Origin: Bacteroidota bacterium
GTDB taxonomy: Bacteria > Bacteroidota > Bacteroidia > Bacteroidales > M50B96
Length of the DNA: 49,583 nt
Assembly (NCBI GenBank): GCA_024762835.1
Contig: JANTGP010000002.1
Coordinates: 1-49,583, forward strand
Direction: 5' to 3'
This document shows, piece after piece, positions 18,700-28,881 of this stretch. The translations under genes were made by a program, and so were the position numbers. The notes under the pieces are model-generated. The model saw only the letters and a program-made list of their open reading frames with translations. It ran no database searches and was not told the DNA's origin. Numbering within the stretch: position 1 is the first letter of the stretch; every line of letters starts with the position of its first letter.

Positions 18700-18904
18700 C
18701 ATATTAATGATCGGCTTAGTTAAAATTTACCAAAATGTTATTTCGCCAATCACACCTGCTTCATGCAGATATACACCAACTTGCTCAAGCTACAGCATTG
18801 AGGCAATAAAAAAGTACGGACCTTTTAAAGGCGGATATTTATCTATAAAACGATTTTTGTCTTGTAACCCCTGGGGAGGACATGGACATGATCCTGTTCC
18901 TTAA
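18683..18904 (+). CDS. yidD: Membrane protein insertion efficiency factor YidD
   Basis: 73 aa. YQ..ISP....[10 protein letters not shown] and [13 protein letters not shown] motifs. Confidence 0.9.
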   Translation: MKKVLSILMIGLVKIYQNVISPITPASCRYTPTCSSYSIEAIKKYGPFKGGYLSIKRFLSCNPWGGHGHDPVP

Positions 18905-18964
18905 GGGATAAAGATTTAGGCAAAATAGTAAATAAGTAATAGCAATAAATGTAAAAATAAAAAG

Positions 18965-20638
18965 ATGAGATTTTATAAACTATCAAGAAAAATAAGGACA
19001 TGGTTAATATCAATTAGCATTGTTATTTTATCGGTTACTTTCTATGGATTCTACGATAACGATTTTGAGATTGCCAAGAATCTTGATATTTTTTATACCC
19101 TTTTCAGGGAGGTAAATCTATATTATGTTGATGAACAGGCACCTGGCGATTTAATAAAAAACGGGATTGACGGGATGTTAAAATCCTTGGATCCATACAC
19201 TAATTTTATTCCCGAATCTAAGTTAGAAGATTATCGTTTCCTTACCACAGGGCAGTATGGGGGAATTGGTGCTATGATGAAAATGAAAGATAATAAGGCC
19301 TTAATAACAGAACCTTATGAAAACTCTCCTTCAAGCAAATCCGGACTAAAAGCCGGCGATATGATTATTAAGGTTGACAATTACGGTTTAAAAGGGAAAA
19401 CAATTGAAGATCTTGGTGAAATACTAAAAGGACAGGCAAATACCCAAGTAAAACTATTAATTGAGAGACCTGGAACAGAAGGTAGTTTTGAGAAAACATT
19501 AACCCGCGAGAAAATTGATATTAAAGTTGTACCCCACTTTCAGATGTTAGACGATAAAGTAGGATATATAAAGTTTACTACTTTTACTCAAACAGCATTT
19601 AAAGAAGTAAAAGATGCATTAGTTGACCTTAAAGAAAATAAGCAAATGGAAGCACTTGTTTTTGATTTGCGAGGAAATCCCGGTGGTCTTCTGATTGAGG
19701 CGGTAAAAATAATGAATCTGTTTGTAAACAGAGGGCAAGAAATAGTGAGCACCAAAGGAAAAATTAAAAGTCGCGACCATGTTTATAAAACACAAAACCA
19801 AGCTTACGATACTTTAATGCCAATTGTTGTTTTAGTCAATAGCAGGTCAGCTTCTGCATCGGAAATTGTTTCCGGCTCAATGCAGGATTTAGACAGAGCA
19901 GTAATAGTTGGCACAAGGACTTTTGGAAAAGGCTTGGTTCAAACAACACGAGATCTGAGCTATAACACAAAACTTAAGGTTACTACGGCAAAATATTACA
20001 TCCCCAGCGGGCGATGCATTCAGGCTCTCGATTACACTCATCGTAATGCCGACGGCAGCGTAGGCCATATCCCCGATTCGCTTATTACTGAATTTAAAAC
20101 AAAAGCAGGCCGTACTGTTTATGACGGTGGAGGAATATTACCTGATGTAGTAATCCATAATGAGAAATTATGTGTAATTGCCTCAGAATTACTCACAAAA
20201 GATATAATTTTCAATTATGTTACTCAATATTGCCTAAAGCACGATTCTGTTCCGCCGGCTGATAATTTTGTTTTCACCGAGAATGATTATAATGATTTTA
20301 AGAATTATGTTACCACAAATGGATTTACATACGAAACCCTAAGTGAAGAATTTCTTGATGAACTAAAGAAAATAGCAAAAGAGGAAAAATACCTTTCAAA
20401 ATCTGAAAAAGAATTTGCTGCCTTAGAGGAGAAATTACATCATAATGTTAATAATGACCTTGATAGTTTTGAGGACGAAATAAAAGCACTAATTTCAGAA
20501 GAGATTCTAAAACGATACTATTATAAATCAGGAGAAATAAGTTATAAACTTAAAAATGACATTGTTGTAAAAAAAGCACTTGAAATAATTAAAGACAAGA
20601 AACACTATACCGAAATATTGCAAGCTAAGGCAAATTAA
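18965..20638 (+). CDS. S41 family carboxy-terminal processing peptidase with PDZ domain
   Basis: 557 aa with an N-terminal TM/signal segment. PDZ region (GLKAGDMIIKVD), DLRGNPGG, SASASEI (nucleophile Ser) and TFGKGLVQ (Lys). Confidence 0.85.
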   Translation: MRFYKLSRKIRTWLISISIVILSVTFYGFYDNDFEIAKNLDIFYTLFREVNLYYVDEQAPGDLIKNGIDGMLKSLDPYTNFIPESKLEDYRFLTTGQYGGIGAMMKMKDNKALITEPYENSPSSKSGLKAGDMIIKVDNYGLKGKTIEDLGEILKGQANTQVKLLIERPGTEGSFEKTLTREKIDIKVVPHFQMLDDKVGYIKFTTFTQTAFKEVKDALVDLKENKQMEALVFDLRGNPGGLLIEAVKIMNLFVNRGQEIVSTKGKIKSRDHVYKTQNQAYDTLMPIVVLVNSRSASASEIVSGSMQDLDRAVIVGTRTFGKGLVQTTRDLSYNTKLKVTTAKYYIPSGRCIQALDYTHRNADGSVGHIPDSLITEFKTKAGRTVYDGGGILPDVVIHNEKLCVIASELLTKDIIFNYVTQYCLKHDSVPPADNFVFTENDYNDFKNYVTTNGFTYETLSEEFLDELKKIAKEEKYLSKSEKEFAALEEKLHHNVNNDLDSFEDEIKALISEEILKRYYYKSGEISYKLKNDIVVKKALEIIKDKKHYTEILQAKAN

Positions 20639-20706
20639 ACCTGTTTGGTTTTATACTAGTCCCAGCCTGTCTTACACCACATGGCCTTGAAATAAATTAG
20701 GTCATC

Positions 20707-23700
20707 TTAAAAGAAAGAAGAAAGGAAATCCATTTTCTTAATATTATCGAGCTGTTGCTTTTTATTTACATCACGATTATTAAGAGCTGTTTGGGTAAAA
20801 TAAGTATGCTTCTCAATAAATTTAATCTGTGTCTTTAACCATTCATTTACCGATTTTATCTTTTTCCTTTCATACAGCTCCATAAATAAATTTCTTGATA
20901 CAGGAATGAAATCTCTCCGTCCTAAATAATCAAGATCAGCATCACAAATTATTTTTTCAAGCAGATTCTTGGGTTTTGGTGGTATTCTTGTTGCCATTAT
21001 AAGCTTTCCTATTTTCTCTATTTGACTGTTTGAGTAATGATAATGAGGTAAAATCTCCTTAGCAAGTTTAAAACCATGTAACTCATGATTGTCGAAATCA
21101 ATAGTAAAACCACTATCATGGAAGAGAGCTGCAGTTTTTAAAAGTAACATTTCATCACATGAAACACCTTCTGATTTTCCAATTATTTCAACTTGCTTGC
21201 AAACATCTATAGTATGCTGAACATTATGATAATAAAGGTTTTGAGGCAATTCTGTTTTTAACTTCTCAATCATAAAATCGTATAAATCATTATACCTCAA
21301 ATCAAATATGCGAGCCGAAAATTTCTTATTTGCAATTTTACCTTTACCATCTTCTGAAAACTCAGGCTTTATTGATTTAACAAAATACATATTTATCTGA
21401 CTTCCCGTTTTAAGGCTTAACTTTCCATTATACTCACAAATAAAATAGTCTTTAATTAAATTATAAGTTGTTTCCGAAATATTTATTTGATTCAAGGTAC
21501 CGTTTGATTCTAAGCGACTTGCAGTATTAACCGTTACTCCCCAAATATCATATGAGTACTTTTTTGTTCCTATAACTCCAGCAATAACAGGTCCCGAGTC
21601 AATTCCAATTCTTAAACCCCAGTTTAAATTCTTAGTCTTCTCTTTATCAAACTCAAACTCTTTCATATATTCTCTGATTTCGAGTGCTGCCAGAACTAAA
21701 GAAACGGGATTTGCCTGATCTTTTTCGGGGATTCCACCTGCACACATATAACCATCACCAATTGTCTTAATCTTTTCTATCCGATGTTTCTCAATAATAG
21801 TATCAAACTTCAGAAATAATTCATCAAGCTTTTTCACCAAAACATCAGGCTTTATTATCTCAGTAATTTTTGTAAAGCCCTGTATGTCAGAAAACATTAC
21901 AGACACAAGTTCAAACTTCTTTGTACTAGTTTTTCCTTTAAGTATAAGTTCCTGAGCTATTTGATGAGGTAGCATATTTAGCAATAAACCCTGTGCTCTC
22001 TCAATTTCTTTAAGAAGCTCATCTGTACGTTCTTTGATAATTTTCTCTAATTTGTTCTTGTCTTTTGCAATTTGGTATGAGCGATACCTGTAAAACATTA
22101 AGTAAAAAGCAACAAGCAGTATAAAATATACAATGAAAGCAAAAATAGTTCTGTAAAAAGGCGTTATAATTGTAAAAGCAAGCTGTGCTACATTTGACTC
22201 ATGTCCATAAATATCCCTTGCCTTTACCATAAAAATATAATCGCCGGGAGGTAATAAATTATATTCTTTCGACTTATTCAAACTCCATTCAGACCAGTCA
22301 TCATCAAAATTCTTGAGGAAAATTTTATATTCAATTGCTTTTTCGCCCATAAAGGCAGGGCAAACAAAAGAAAATTTCAGTTTATTAAAATCATATTCAA
22401 TAAAAATCTTGTTCTTCTTTTTCAAGTAATCTTTATTGGGCGATATTCTAATTATTGAATCATCACCCAAAGTAAGCTTGCTAATCAATGTCGTTAATTG
22501 TACCGTATCTTTTGAAAGCAATGAAGCATCAAAGCGGATTAAACCGTCAGGACCACCAATCCACAAAACAGAAGGTTCATCCGATAAAAAAGCCTCCACC
22601 GAAAAGTCATCAATTTTTCTAAAAGGATTAGATTTCCATTTATAGCTGCTACTGTCTGCATTAAAGCTCCCAAATAATATTTCTTTTTCAAAAGTTTCAT
22701 TTGAGCCACGACAAACAATCATGTCCTTCCTTTTGTCTTCAACAATCGGGTAAAGCCATTTTGAACTGTTCAATGTATTTATCCCGAGAATTGTATCGGG
22801 GTAAAACTCTGATGTTTCGTTATTATACCTGTAAAGTCCAAACTCTGATGAAAAAATTACTCCTTTAGAACTTTCAATAACATCAACCCAAACATTTCTT
22901 TTATCTGAAAATAAATCTGAGCTAAAATGTTCGACATGCCAATTCGACTCAAAGCTTGCTTTTTCTGAAACCCGGAATACCCCATAATTATTCGTACCGC
23001 ACCAAATATTTCCGGAATTATCACTTGCGAAAGTTCGTATCCTGTTCTTTATTGCACTTAACTTGCCTAAATTTTTATATTGCCCATTGCTATATTCAAT
23101 ACATGAAAAACCAAAATCACCACCTATATAAATAAAATCAGGATTTAATTTTGACATTTTTGCCACCCTTAAAGGAATATTTAAAACCTTCTTAGCATCA
23201 AGTCCGTTTATTTCGTACAAACCATTGTCGGACACCGCAAGAATTTTATCCTTAAATTTAAAAATGTTATAAACAATACCGAGTGATGAACCCATTTTAG
23301 AAAAAGCCTTTTTGTTTGTGCACGAAATTGTAATACTTGTTGAATCTTTCCGATTAAAAAGGAAAAGCCCCGACAGCGTTCCAATATACAACTTGTCATT
23401 AATTCTTTTAATTGCAATCACTCCCCCATCAACTCCGCAATTTGCACTAAAATATGTAAAAGCCGAGGGATATTCGATTCGTGAAATTCCATTTCTTAAA
23501 ACAGCCCAAAGATTATTTGATTTATCAACAAACAGAGAGTAAACTCCATTATCATTTAAGCCCTTAAGTTTATTGATATGAAGTAAAATATTTCCGTCTT
23601 TATCAACAAAAACAATCCCGTCGGTATTTGTACCAAGAGCATAAGAACCATCTGATAAAACCTGACCGCTGGTGTAAGTATTATTCTGTAAAAACTCATC

Positions 23701-24450
23701 GGCTTTTGTATGAAAAGGCACAATCCTTTTGAAATCATATTTTAAAAATCCCAATTCATTCTTAAGCTTTATTATCACATTATCACCCATCGGCAGGATG
23801 TCAACAATATCTTTACCCGCAAAGAACTTTCCCATGGGCAAATCCATCATTTGATTATCTTTAAATAATAAAAGTCCTCGTGTAGAGTGATTTACAAATA
23901 ATTTGTCCTTTGCCCGAAAAACAGAATAAGCTGTTTTATTCGTATCAATAAGAAAAACATAATTGCTATAATAATGATAAAGTCTTTTCCCTGTTTCAAA
24001 GAACACATTATCTTTAAAGGCTACAATATTTGTAACCACACCAAAATCAGATTTGTCGATAAATTTATTTTTCAATGAGAAATATTTATCATCACCATTT
24101 TCATCAATGCCTATATATCCAAAATTGTTAAAAGAACCTACATAAACCACCCCTGAGTCGTTACATGTTATGAATGGCCAGCCATGTACATTAATAAGCT
24201 CCCAGTTAAGTTCGTCGTACCTTAAAACACCACTTAAATTGCCAAAATACATTACCCCGTTATCATCCTGAGTAACAGAAAAGTTTTGACTATCAAGTCC
24301 ATACTCCTTTACAGTAAAGTTTTTTATTAAGGGTTGACCGAGTTCATTTACCTGAGATAAAACATTTTCGGGTAATAAAAGCAAAAATACAATAGTTATA
24401 ATTGTAATAAATATTACATATTTGTATTTAATTAAAGATAATTTTGCCAT
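20707..24450 (-). CDS. Sensor protein: two-component-regulator beta-propeller repeats + Y_Y_Y domain + TM helix + class III adenylate cyclase + HD phosphohydrolase domain
   Basis: 1247 aa. N-terminal signal/TM and ~700 aa of propeller-like repeats. Y_Y_Y-like segment YKIFLKNFDDDWSEW..LPPGDYIFMVKARD. TM FAFIVYFILLVAFYLMFY (about 22090-22150). Cyclase core FSDIQGFT..KTIGDGYM..DIWGVTVNTASRLES (about 21375-21915). HD domain HNVQH...LFHDSG...DADLDY (about 20915-21240). Confidence 0.8.
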   Translation of the reverse strand: MAKLSLIKYKYVIFITIITIVFLLLLPENVLSQVNELGQPLIKNFTVKEYGLDSQNFSVTQDDNGVMYFGNLSGVLRYDELNWELINVHGWPFITCNDSGVVYVGSFNNFGYIGIDENGDDKYFSLKNKFIDKSDFGVVTNIVAFKDNVFFETGKRLYHYYSNYVFLIDTNKTAYSVFRAKDKLFVNHSTRGLLLFKDNQMMDLPMGKFFAGKDIVDILPMGDNVIIKLKNELGFLKYDFKRIVPFHTKADEFLQNNTYTSGQVLSDGSYALGTNTDGIVFVDKDGNILLHINKLKGLNDNGVYSLFVDKSNNLWAVLRNGISRIEYPSAFTYFSANCGVDGGVIAIKRINDKLYIGTLSGLFLFNRKDSTSITISCTNKKAFSKMGSSLGIVYNIFKFKDKILAVSDNGLYEINGLDAKKVLNIPLRVAKMSKLNPDFIYIGGDFGFSCIEYSNGQYKNLGKLSAIKNRIRTFASDNSGNIWCGTNNYGVFRVSEKASFESNWHVEHFSSDLFSDKRNVWVDVIESSKGVIFSSEFGLYRYNNETSEFYPDTILGINTLNSSKWLYPIVEDKRKDMIVCRGSNETFEKEILFGSFNADSSSYKWKSNPFRKIDDFSVEAFLSDEPSVLWIGGPDGLIRFDASLLSKDTVQLTTLISKLTLGDDSIIRISPNKDYLKKKNKIFIEYDFNKLKFSFVCPAFMGEKAIEYKIFLKNFDDDWSEWSLNKSKEYNLLPPGDYIFMVKARDIYGHESNVAQLAFTIITPFYRTIFAFIVYFILLVAFYLMFYRYRSYQIAKDKNKLEKIIKERTDELLKEIERAQGLLLNMLPHQIAQELILKGKTSTKKFELVSVMFSDIQGFTKITEIIKPDVLVKKLDELFLKFDTIIEKHRIEKIKTIGDGYMCAGGIPEKDQANPVSLVLAALEIREYMKEFEFDKEKTKNLNWGLRIGIDSGPVIAGVIGTKKYSYDIWGVTVNTASRLESNGTLNQINISETTYNLIKDYFICEYNGKLSLKTGSQINMYFVKSIKPEFSEDGKGKIANKKFSARIFDLRYNDLYDFMIEKLKTELPQNLYYHNVQHTIDVCKQVEIIGKSEGVSCDEMLLLKTAALFHDSGFTIDFDNHELHGFKLAKEILPHYHYSNSQIEKIGKLIMATRIPPKPKNLLEKIICDADLDYLGRRDFIPVSRNLFMELYERKKIKSVNEWLKTQIKFIEKHTYFTQTALNNRDVNKKQQLDNIKKMDFLSSFF

Positions 24451-24531
24451 ATTTGAAAAATTGTCTATTTTAACAATCGTAAAAGTACATAATTATTATT
24501 AATATTATTTTGCATTAAATATCACAATATT

Positions 24532-25389
24532 ATGGAATATCTTAAAAAAACTATCATTGTCCCTGTGGACTTTACCGAGGTTAGTCAATTTGCTCTTGAT
24601 TATGCTGTAAGAATTTCAAAAATTGTTAATTCAAACTTTACTCTTGTTCATATTGTTGACGAAGGTGGGTTATTTTCCAGCGAAGACAAGAAAAAGAAAG
24701 AGGTAGAAAAAGCCACTGTCAAATTAAAAGAATTGGCCGAAGCAACATTTTTAGAGCATGGAGTTCGACCACCGATAATTGCCAGATTGGGAAATATTTA
24801 CACTACAATTAATGAAATTGCCGAAGAATTGGAAGCTCGAATGATTCTGATGGGAATTCATGAATTTAAAGGTATTCAAAAAATTACAGGGAGCAATGCT
24901 CTTAAGGTAATGGCCGGTTCAAAGATTCCTTATATTACAATTCCTGCTGCTTATGTTTACAGGCCAGATAATGATATTGTTTTCCCGGTTGACCACAAAG
25001 TTGAAAACAAAGAAAAACTTATTTGGGCTAATTTTATGGCAAAAAGTTTTAATTCCAAGATTCATATCTTTACAGCCTATCATAGTGACGAGCTTTTGAG
25101 AAAGAAGACAAATGCTAATCTTGTTTTTGCAAAAAAATACCTCGATGAGAAAAATGTGGCTTATGAAATTGCCTCAGCCGAAAAAGGTTCAAACTTTGCC
25201 GATGCTATTGTTAAATTTGCTGTTGAAGTAAACACAAACCTCATTTTAATAATGATAACCAAAGAAATAGGTTTGCAAGATTTTATTTTAGGAGCTGAAG
25301 AGCAAAAGATAATCTTTAACGAGCAGAAAATATCTGTAATGTGTGTTAATCCTCGTACCGACTTAAGACGCTCAGGTGGATTTAACTAA
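24532..25389 (+). CDS. Universal stress protein, tandem UspA domains
   Basis: 285 aa. Two Usp-like halves, each starting with (I)(V)VPVDF/VFPVDH and ending with a buried beta strand (ITIP / MCVNP). Confidence 0.7.
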   Translation: MEYLKKTIIVPVDFTEVSQFALDYAVRISKIVNSNFTLVHIVDEGGLFSSEDKKKKEVEKATVKLKELAEATFLEHGVRPPIIARLGNIYTTINEIAEELEARMILMGIHEFKGIQKITGSNALKVMAGSKIPYITIPAAYVYRPDNDIVFPVDHKVENKEKLIWANFMAKSFNSKIHIFTAYHSDELLRKKTNANLVFAKKYLDEKNVAYEIASAEKGSNFADAIVKFAVEVNTNLILIMITKEIGLQDFILGAEEQKIIFNEQKISVMCVNPRTDLRRSGGFN

Positions 25390-25416
25390 ATAAAATTTTA
25401 CTTTTAAATAAAACAT

Positions 25417-25451
25417 AGTAGAGGATAGTAAATATTCTCTACTTTTTTTTT
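25417..25451 (+). terminator. Putative intrinsic terminator after the usp gene
   Basis: 7-bp stem agtagag/ctctact with a 13-nt loop, followed by a T9 run. The stem is AT-rich, so this is only moderate. Confidence 0.4.
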
Positions 25452-26181
25452 AAAAGAAACTAAGCTCAATCCCAATTAGTAATTTTGGCAATTCAGAGAA
25501 ACCGTAGTAATAGTCCAATCCATCAGGATAAATCAGACCTTCCCATTCAATAATATTGCTTAACCTATACTGTGCAAATACAACCCATCGGTTAATACCA
25601 ATTCTTGCATTAAGTCCGTAAGAATAATAATTGATAAAATCTAAATTTTTATATATAGTTTTCGTTTCTGTATAAAACGAACCTTCGCTTTTGTCTATGG
25701 CAACTAGCTTTGTTCTAAAATTAAATCCGGTATAAAAACCAATATCAATATAATTACCAATATAATTCCCTCGTTTGCCAAAATTTATTCTTTGGTATAA
25801 TTCAAGACTAAGTGCCTTATACCTCATCTTTTGTTTCTCTTTATCTGCATTACTAAATACACCTAAATAATCCTCTTTCAAGTTATAATTTAAAAATGAT
25901 AAGTTTAAATCGGCACCAATAGCATAATGTTTCAGTAATTTCAGTTTATACCTGTAGCCAAAACCAAAACTATTTGTTAAGCCATAGTTAATGTCCGCAT
26001 CAGATTGTCCGACAAATACACCGAAGTTTCCATACAAATGCCCGTAATGCAGATAGTTCTTCCCCCATTTAGGAATATCCGGATTTTCGTCAACAGTTTT
26101 CTCGAGCAAAACTTTTTGCGAATAAGCAAATGAAAAAATAAAAAGTGCCATAAAGGCTATAATTAATTTCTTTGTTGTCAT
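25450..26181 (-). CDS. Outer-membrane beta-barrel (porin-family-like) protein, function unknown
   Basis: 243 aa. Signal peptide, alternating aromatic/hydrophilic beta-strand pattern rich in Y/G/N, and a C-terminal ...IELSFF with terminal Phe, typical of OMPs. Confidence 0.55.
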   Translation of the reverse strand: MTTKKLIIAFMALFIFSFAYSQKVLLEKTVDENPDIPKWGKNYLHYGHLYGNFGVFVGQSDADINYGLTNSFGFGYRYKLKLLKHYAIGADLNLSFLNYNLKEDYLGVFSNADKEKQKMRYKALSLELYQRINFGKRGNYIGNYIDIGFYTGFNFRTKLVAIDKSEGSFYTETKTIYKNLDFINYYSYGLNARIGINRWVVFAQYRLSNIIEWEGLIYPDGLDYYYGFSELPKLLIGIELSFF

Positions 26182-26213
26182 AACTGTTTTATTTATTGTT
26201 TTTAATATTCTTG

Positions 26214-27797
26214 CTATTTGAATTTATAACTCAAAACAAATCCCTTATAAAAAGCTTCAATGCGTTCATCTTTTTTAAAATCATCAATCCCAAACTTAAT
26301 AACATCTTTTCTATACACATCAAGCACAGCATATTTTCTTACAAAGCCATCACTGTTTTCGATATGATAATAAAGATAATCTTTTGCTATGTTGTTTGTT
26401 AAACTTGTATCGACCCTTATTATTAAAGAATCATTTTCTAAAACGAATTGGAAGCTTGGGGAATAATCTGTTTTACCCTCAATAAAATATTTTGCTTGAG
26501 GTATTCCATATCCATGGGCATAATCAAAATAAGGATAGAGACTCCCCGACTTCTCTATTTCCCGAAGTAAATCCATATTTGTATAGTTTGGGTTTAGCTG
26601 AAGAACACAAGCAGCAAATCCTGCAACCAGTGGACTTGAAAAAGATGTTCCTTGCGTTTCATGAAGCTTTTCAGCCGAAGCAGCCATGACATATCCATAA
26701 GCAGATACATTTGGTTTACGCCTATTATCGGCAGTTGGCCCGTAAGAGCTGAATATTGCGTGTATCTCCGTTTTGGGATTTATACCGCCAATTGACAATA
26801 TACTATCAGCATCAGCAGGTGTACCGAGTGTTTTCCAACTATTAGTTCCCTCATTTCCCATAGCATTTACAACAAGAATACCTTTACGGGCAGCCATAGT
26901 AGCAGCTTTTGCAACCAGGCTTGTTTTTCCATCCATATCATAAGGGAAATATCTCTCTTTGGTGTAACCAAGCGATGAGTTAATAATATCTACTCCATTT
27001 TTATCTGCCCATTCTGCAGCTGCCAGCCAATTTTCCTCTTCCGAAAATGGTTCTTTGCTTCCATACTCAGTACGTGCAAGAATAAACTCGGCAGCACTTG
27101 CCAAACCAATATTTTTTCCCTCATACACCCCGGCAATACATGAAAAAACACTTCTTCCGTGTGTACCATAGTTATATACAAACTCATCATTTTTTACAAA
27201 ATCCCATGTCTTAAGCATTCTCCCATCTTTCCTTATTTGCTCAAATGCAGGATGGGTATCAACATCTTTAAATCCAACATCAAAAATTGCAATTCGTACG
27301 CCTTTTCCATTAATATTTGAATCTTTAAAAATATGTCCTCCCATACTCTCAGTCTGATGTAACAGCAAATCATCATCCGAAACAGAACTGTTTACATCAT
27401 ATGCTGCTATCATAAGCTGCTGTTCGGGCACTTTAACAACATCTTTTACATATGTCAATTGTCTGACATATTCAATCTCCCCGGGGAAAGCCTTAACAAC
27501 TATCATATTAAACCACCTTGACTTAATGCCGGTTTTATAAACACTTTCTGATATCTCTTCAACATAATTTGAATTTAGAGGGTAATCGGTAATATCATTA
27601 AGACTAAGATTATTCTTCAACCTCCGTGTAATAGCCTTTGCATCAAAATACTCATAAGGATTAAAATCTACGCCTTTTTTATCTTTTAAAAAAACGTAGT
27701 ACTTTTCTTGAGAAAATCCGGAAAGTGAAATAATACTAAATAGAAAAATTAATAAAAATACAGTATTCTTATTCATATGTTTAAAATTGATTTTCAT
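26214..27797 (-). CDS. S8 family (subtilisin-like) serine peptidase, secreted
   Basis: 527 aa with a signal peptide. Catalytic triad contexts AIFDVGF (Asp), HGRSVFS (His), GTSFSSPLVAG (Ser). ATG 27776 is an alternative start. Confidence 0.85.
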   Translation of the reverse strand: MKINFKHMNKNTVFLLIFLFSIISLSGFSQEKYYVFLKDKKGVDFNPYEYFDAKAITRRLKNNLSLNDITDYPLNSNYVEEISESVYKTGIKSRWFNMIVVKAFPGEIEYVRQLTYVKDVVKVPEQQLMIAAYDVNSSVSDDDLLLHQTESMGGHIFKDSNINGKGVRIAIFDVGFKDVDTHPAFEQIRKDGRMLKTWDFVKNDEFVYNYGTHGRSVFSCIAGVYEGKNIGLASAAEFILARTEYGSKEPFSEEENWLAAAEWADKNGVDIINSSLGYTKERYFPYDMDGKTSLVAKAATMAARKGILVVNAMGNEGTNSWKTLGTPADADSILSIGGINPKTEIHAIFSSYGPTADNRRKPNVSAYGYVMAASAEKLHETQGTSFSSPLVAGFAACVLQLNPNYTNMDLLREIEKSGSLYPYFDYAHGYGIPQAKYFIEGKTDYSPSFQFVLENDSLIIRVDTSLTNNIAKDYLYYHIENSDGFVRKYAVLDVYRKDVIKFGIDDFKKDERIEAFYKGFVLSYKFK

Positions 27798-27820
27798 ATT
27801 GACATTTATATAACGAAAGA

Positions 27821-27828
27821 CAAATGTA
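27821..27828 (-). promoter_or_regulatory. Putative -7 promoter box (tacatttg) for the S8 peptidase / OMP operon
   Basis: Exact TAnnTTTG on the minus strand, 24 nt upstream of ATG 27797. Confidence 0.4.
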
Positions 27829-27985
27829 CTGTTTTATTTAACATTTTTTAAAAGATTTTCTTATGTCTCTGATAATAAATATAAAATTGAAATGTTAATT
27901 ATTATGGATATTTTTATATATGGAGTATTCAGATTTAATTATCATCTTTGCTTAATAATTATGTTTAATCATTAATTTTAATTTT

Positions 27986-28867
27986 ATGAATCGAAATCAA
28001 TACCAATTGCTAAAATCTTCGCTTAGTTTTGTTCTCTTATTGTTCTTATCAAGTGTTTTGTTTGCACAACAAACAAATAAGAGTGCTTTGTTTTTCACAA
28101 ATAGTAAAGGTGAAAAAGTTTACACTTATAAAGATTCAAAGAATGCTTACATTAAGGTAATAAATGCAAAAAGGAATATTGATCCTAATGCAGTTGATGA
28201 TTTTTATGTTGTTGTTTCGAGTGAAATGGAACCAAATGGTGAATCTGTAAAGTTAACTGAAACAGGTAAGAACACTGATATCTTCACAGGTCAAATAAAG
28301 TTTAAAGTAAGTCCGATGGCATTTGCTAAAAGTGGATTTCTAGAAGTTGCCAAAGGAGATAAACTAACCGCAAAATACACTCTTTCGAAGAACGAACAAG
28401 GCGTTGAAGATAATGTGTTTAACAATGCCTACTATAAAGGGCCGGAATGGACATTTTACAATACTGGTGCTAATCACATAGTATTATTTCCTAAAAATAT
28501 TATTATTACAATAGATGGCAAACCTGCTGAACCAGGTATTTTTATTGGGGCTTTTTACAAAAAAGGTGAAGGGAAAAATGCCAAGTATGTTAACGCTGCC
28601 GGAACAGGTAAAGGCACAGCACCCGGCGGATTCAAATGGACAGGAAAAGTTAATGCAATTGCTATTTGGGGAACTCAGGATAATAAAAACAATGGTTTTG
28701 CCGAAGGTGAAGAATTCCACTGGAAAATATGGAATCCCAAGGACGGCAAAGTATATGATGCTGTCGCCACTTACATAGATAGCGACGAAAGAATAACAAA
28801 CAGAGGCACATATACAAAAGATGGTATAAGCGGTGTAAAAACCCTTACTGTTGTTACTAAAAAGTAA
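27986..28867 (+). CDS. Hypothetical secreted protein
   Basis: 293 aa ORF with an ATG start and a clear signal peptide (SFVLLLFLSSVLFAQQ). No motif recognised. Confidence 0.6.
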   Translation: MNRNQYQLLKSSLSFVLLLFLSSVLFAQQTNKSALFFTNSKGEKVYTYKDSKNAYIKVINAKRNIDPNAVDDFYVVVSSEMEPNGESVKLTETGKNTDIFTGQIKFKVSPMAFAKSGFLEVAKGDKLTAKYTLSKNEQGVEDNVFNNAYYKGPEWTFYNTGANHIVLFPKNIIITIDGKPAEPGIFIGAFYKKGEGKNAKYVNAAGTGKGTAPGGFKWTGKVNAIAIWGTQDNKNNGFAEGEEFHWKIWNPKDGKVYDAVATYIDSDERITNRGTYTKDGISGVKTLTVVTKK

Positions 28868-28881
28868 TTGCCAAAAAGTTT

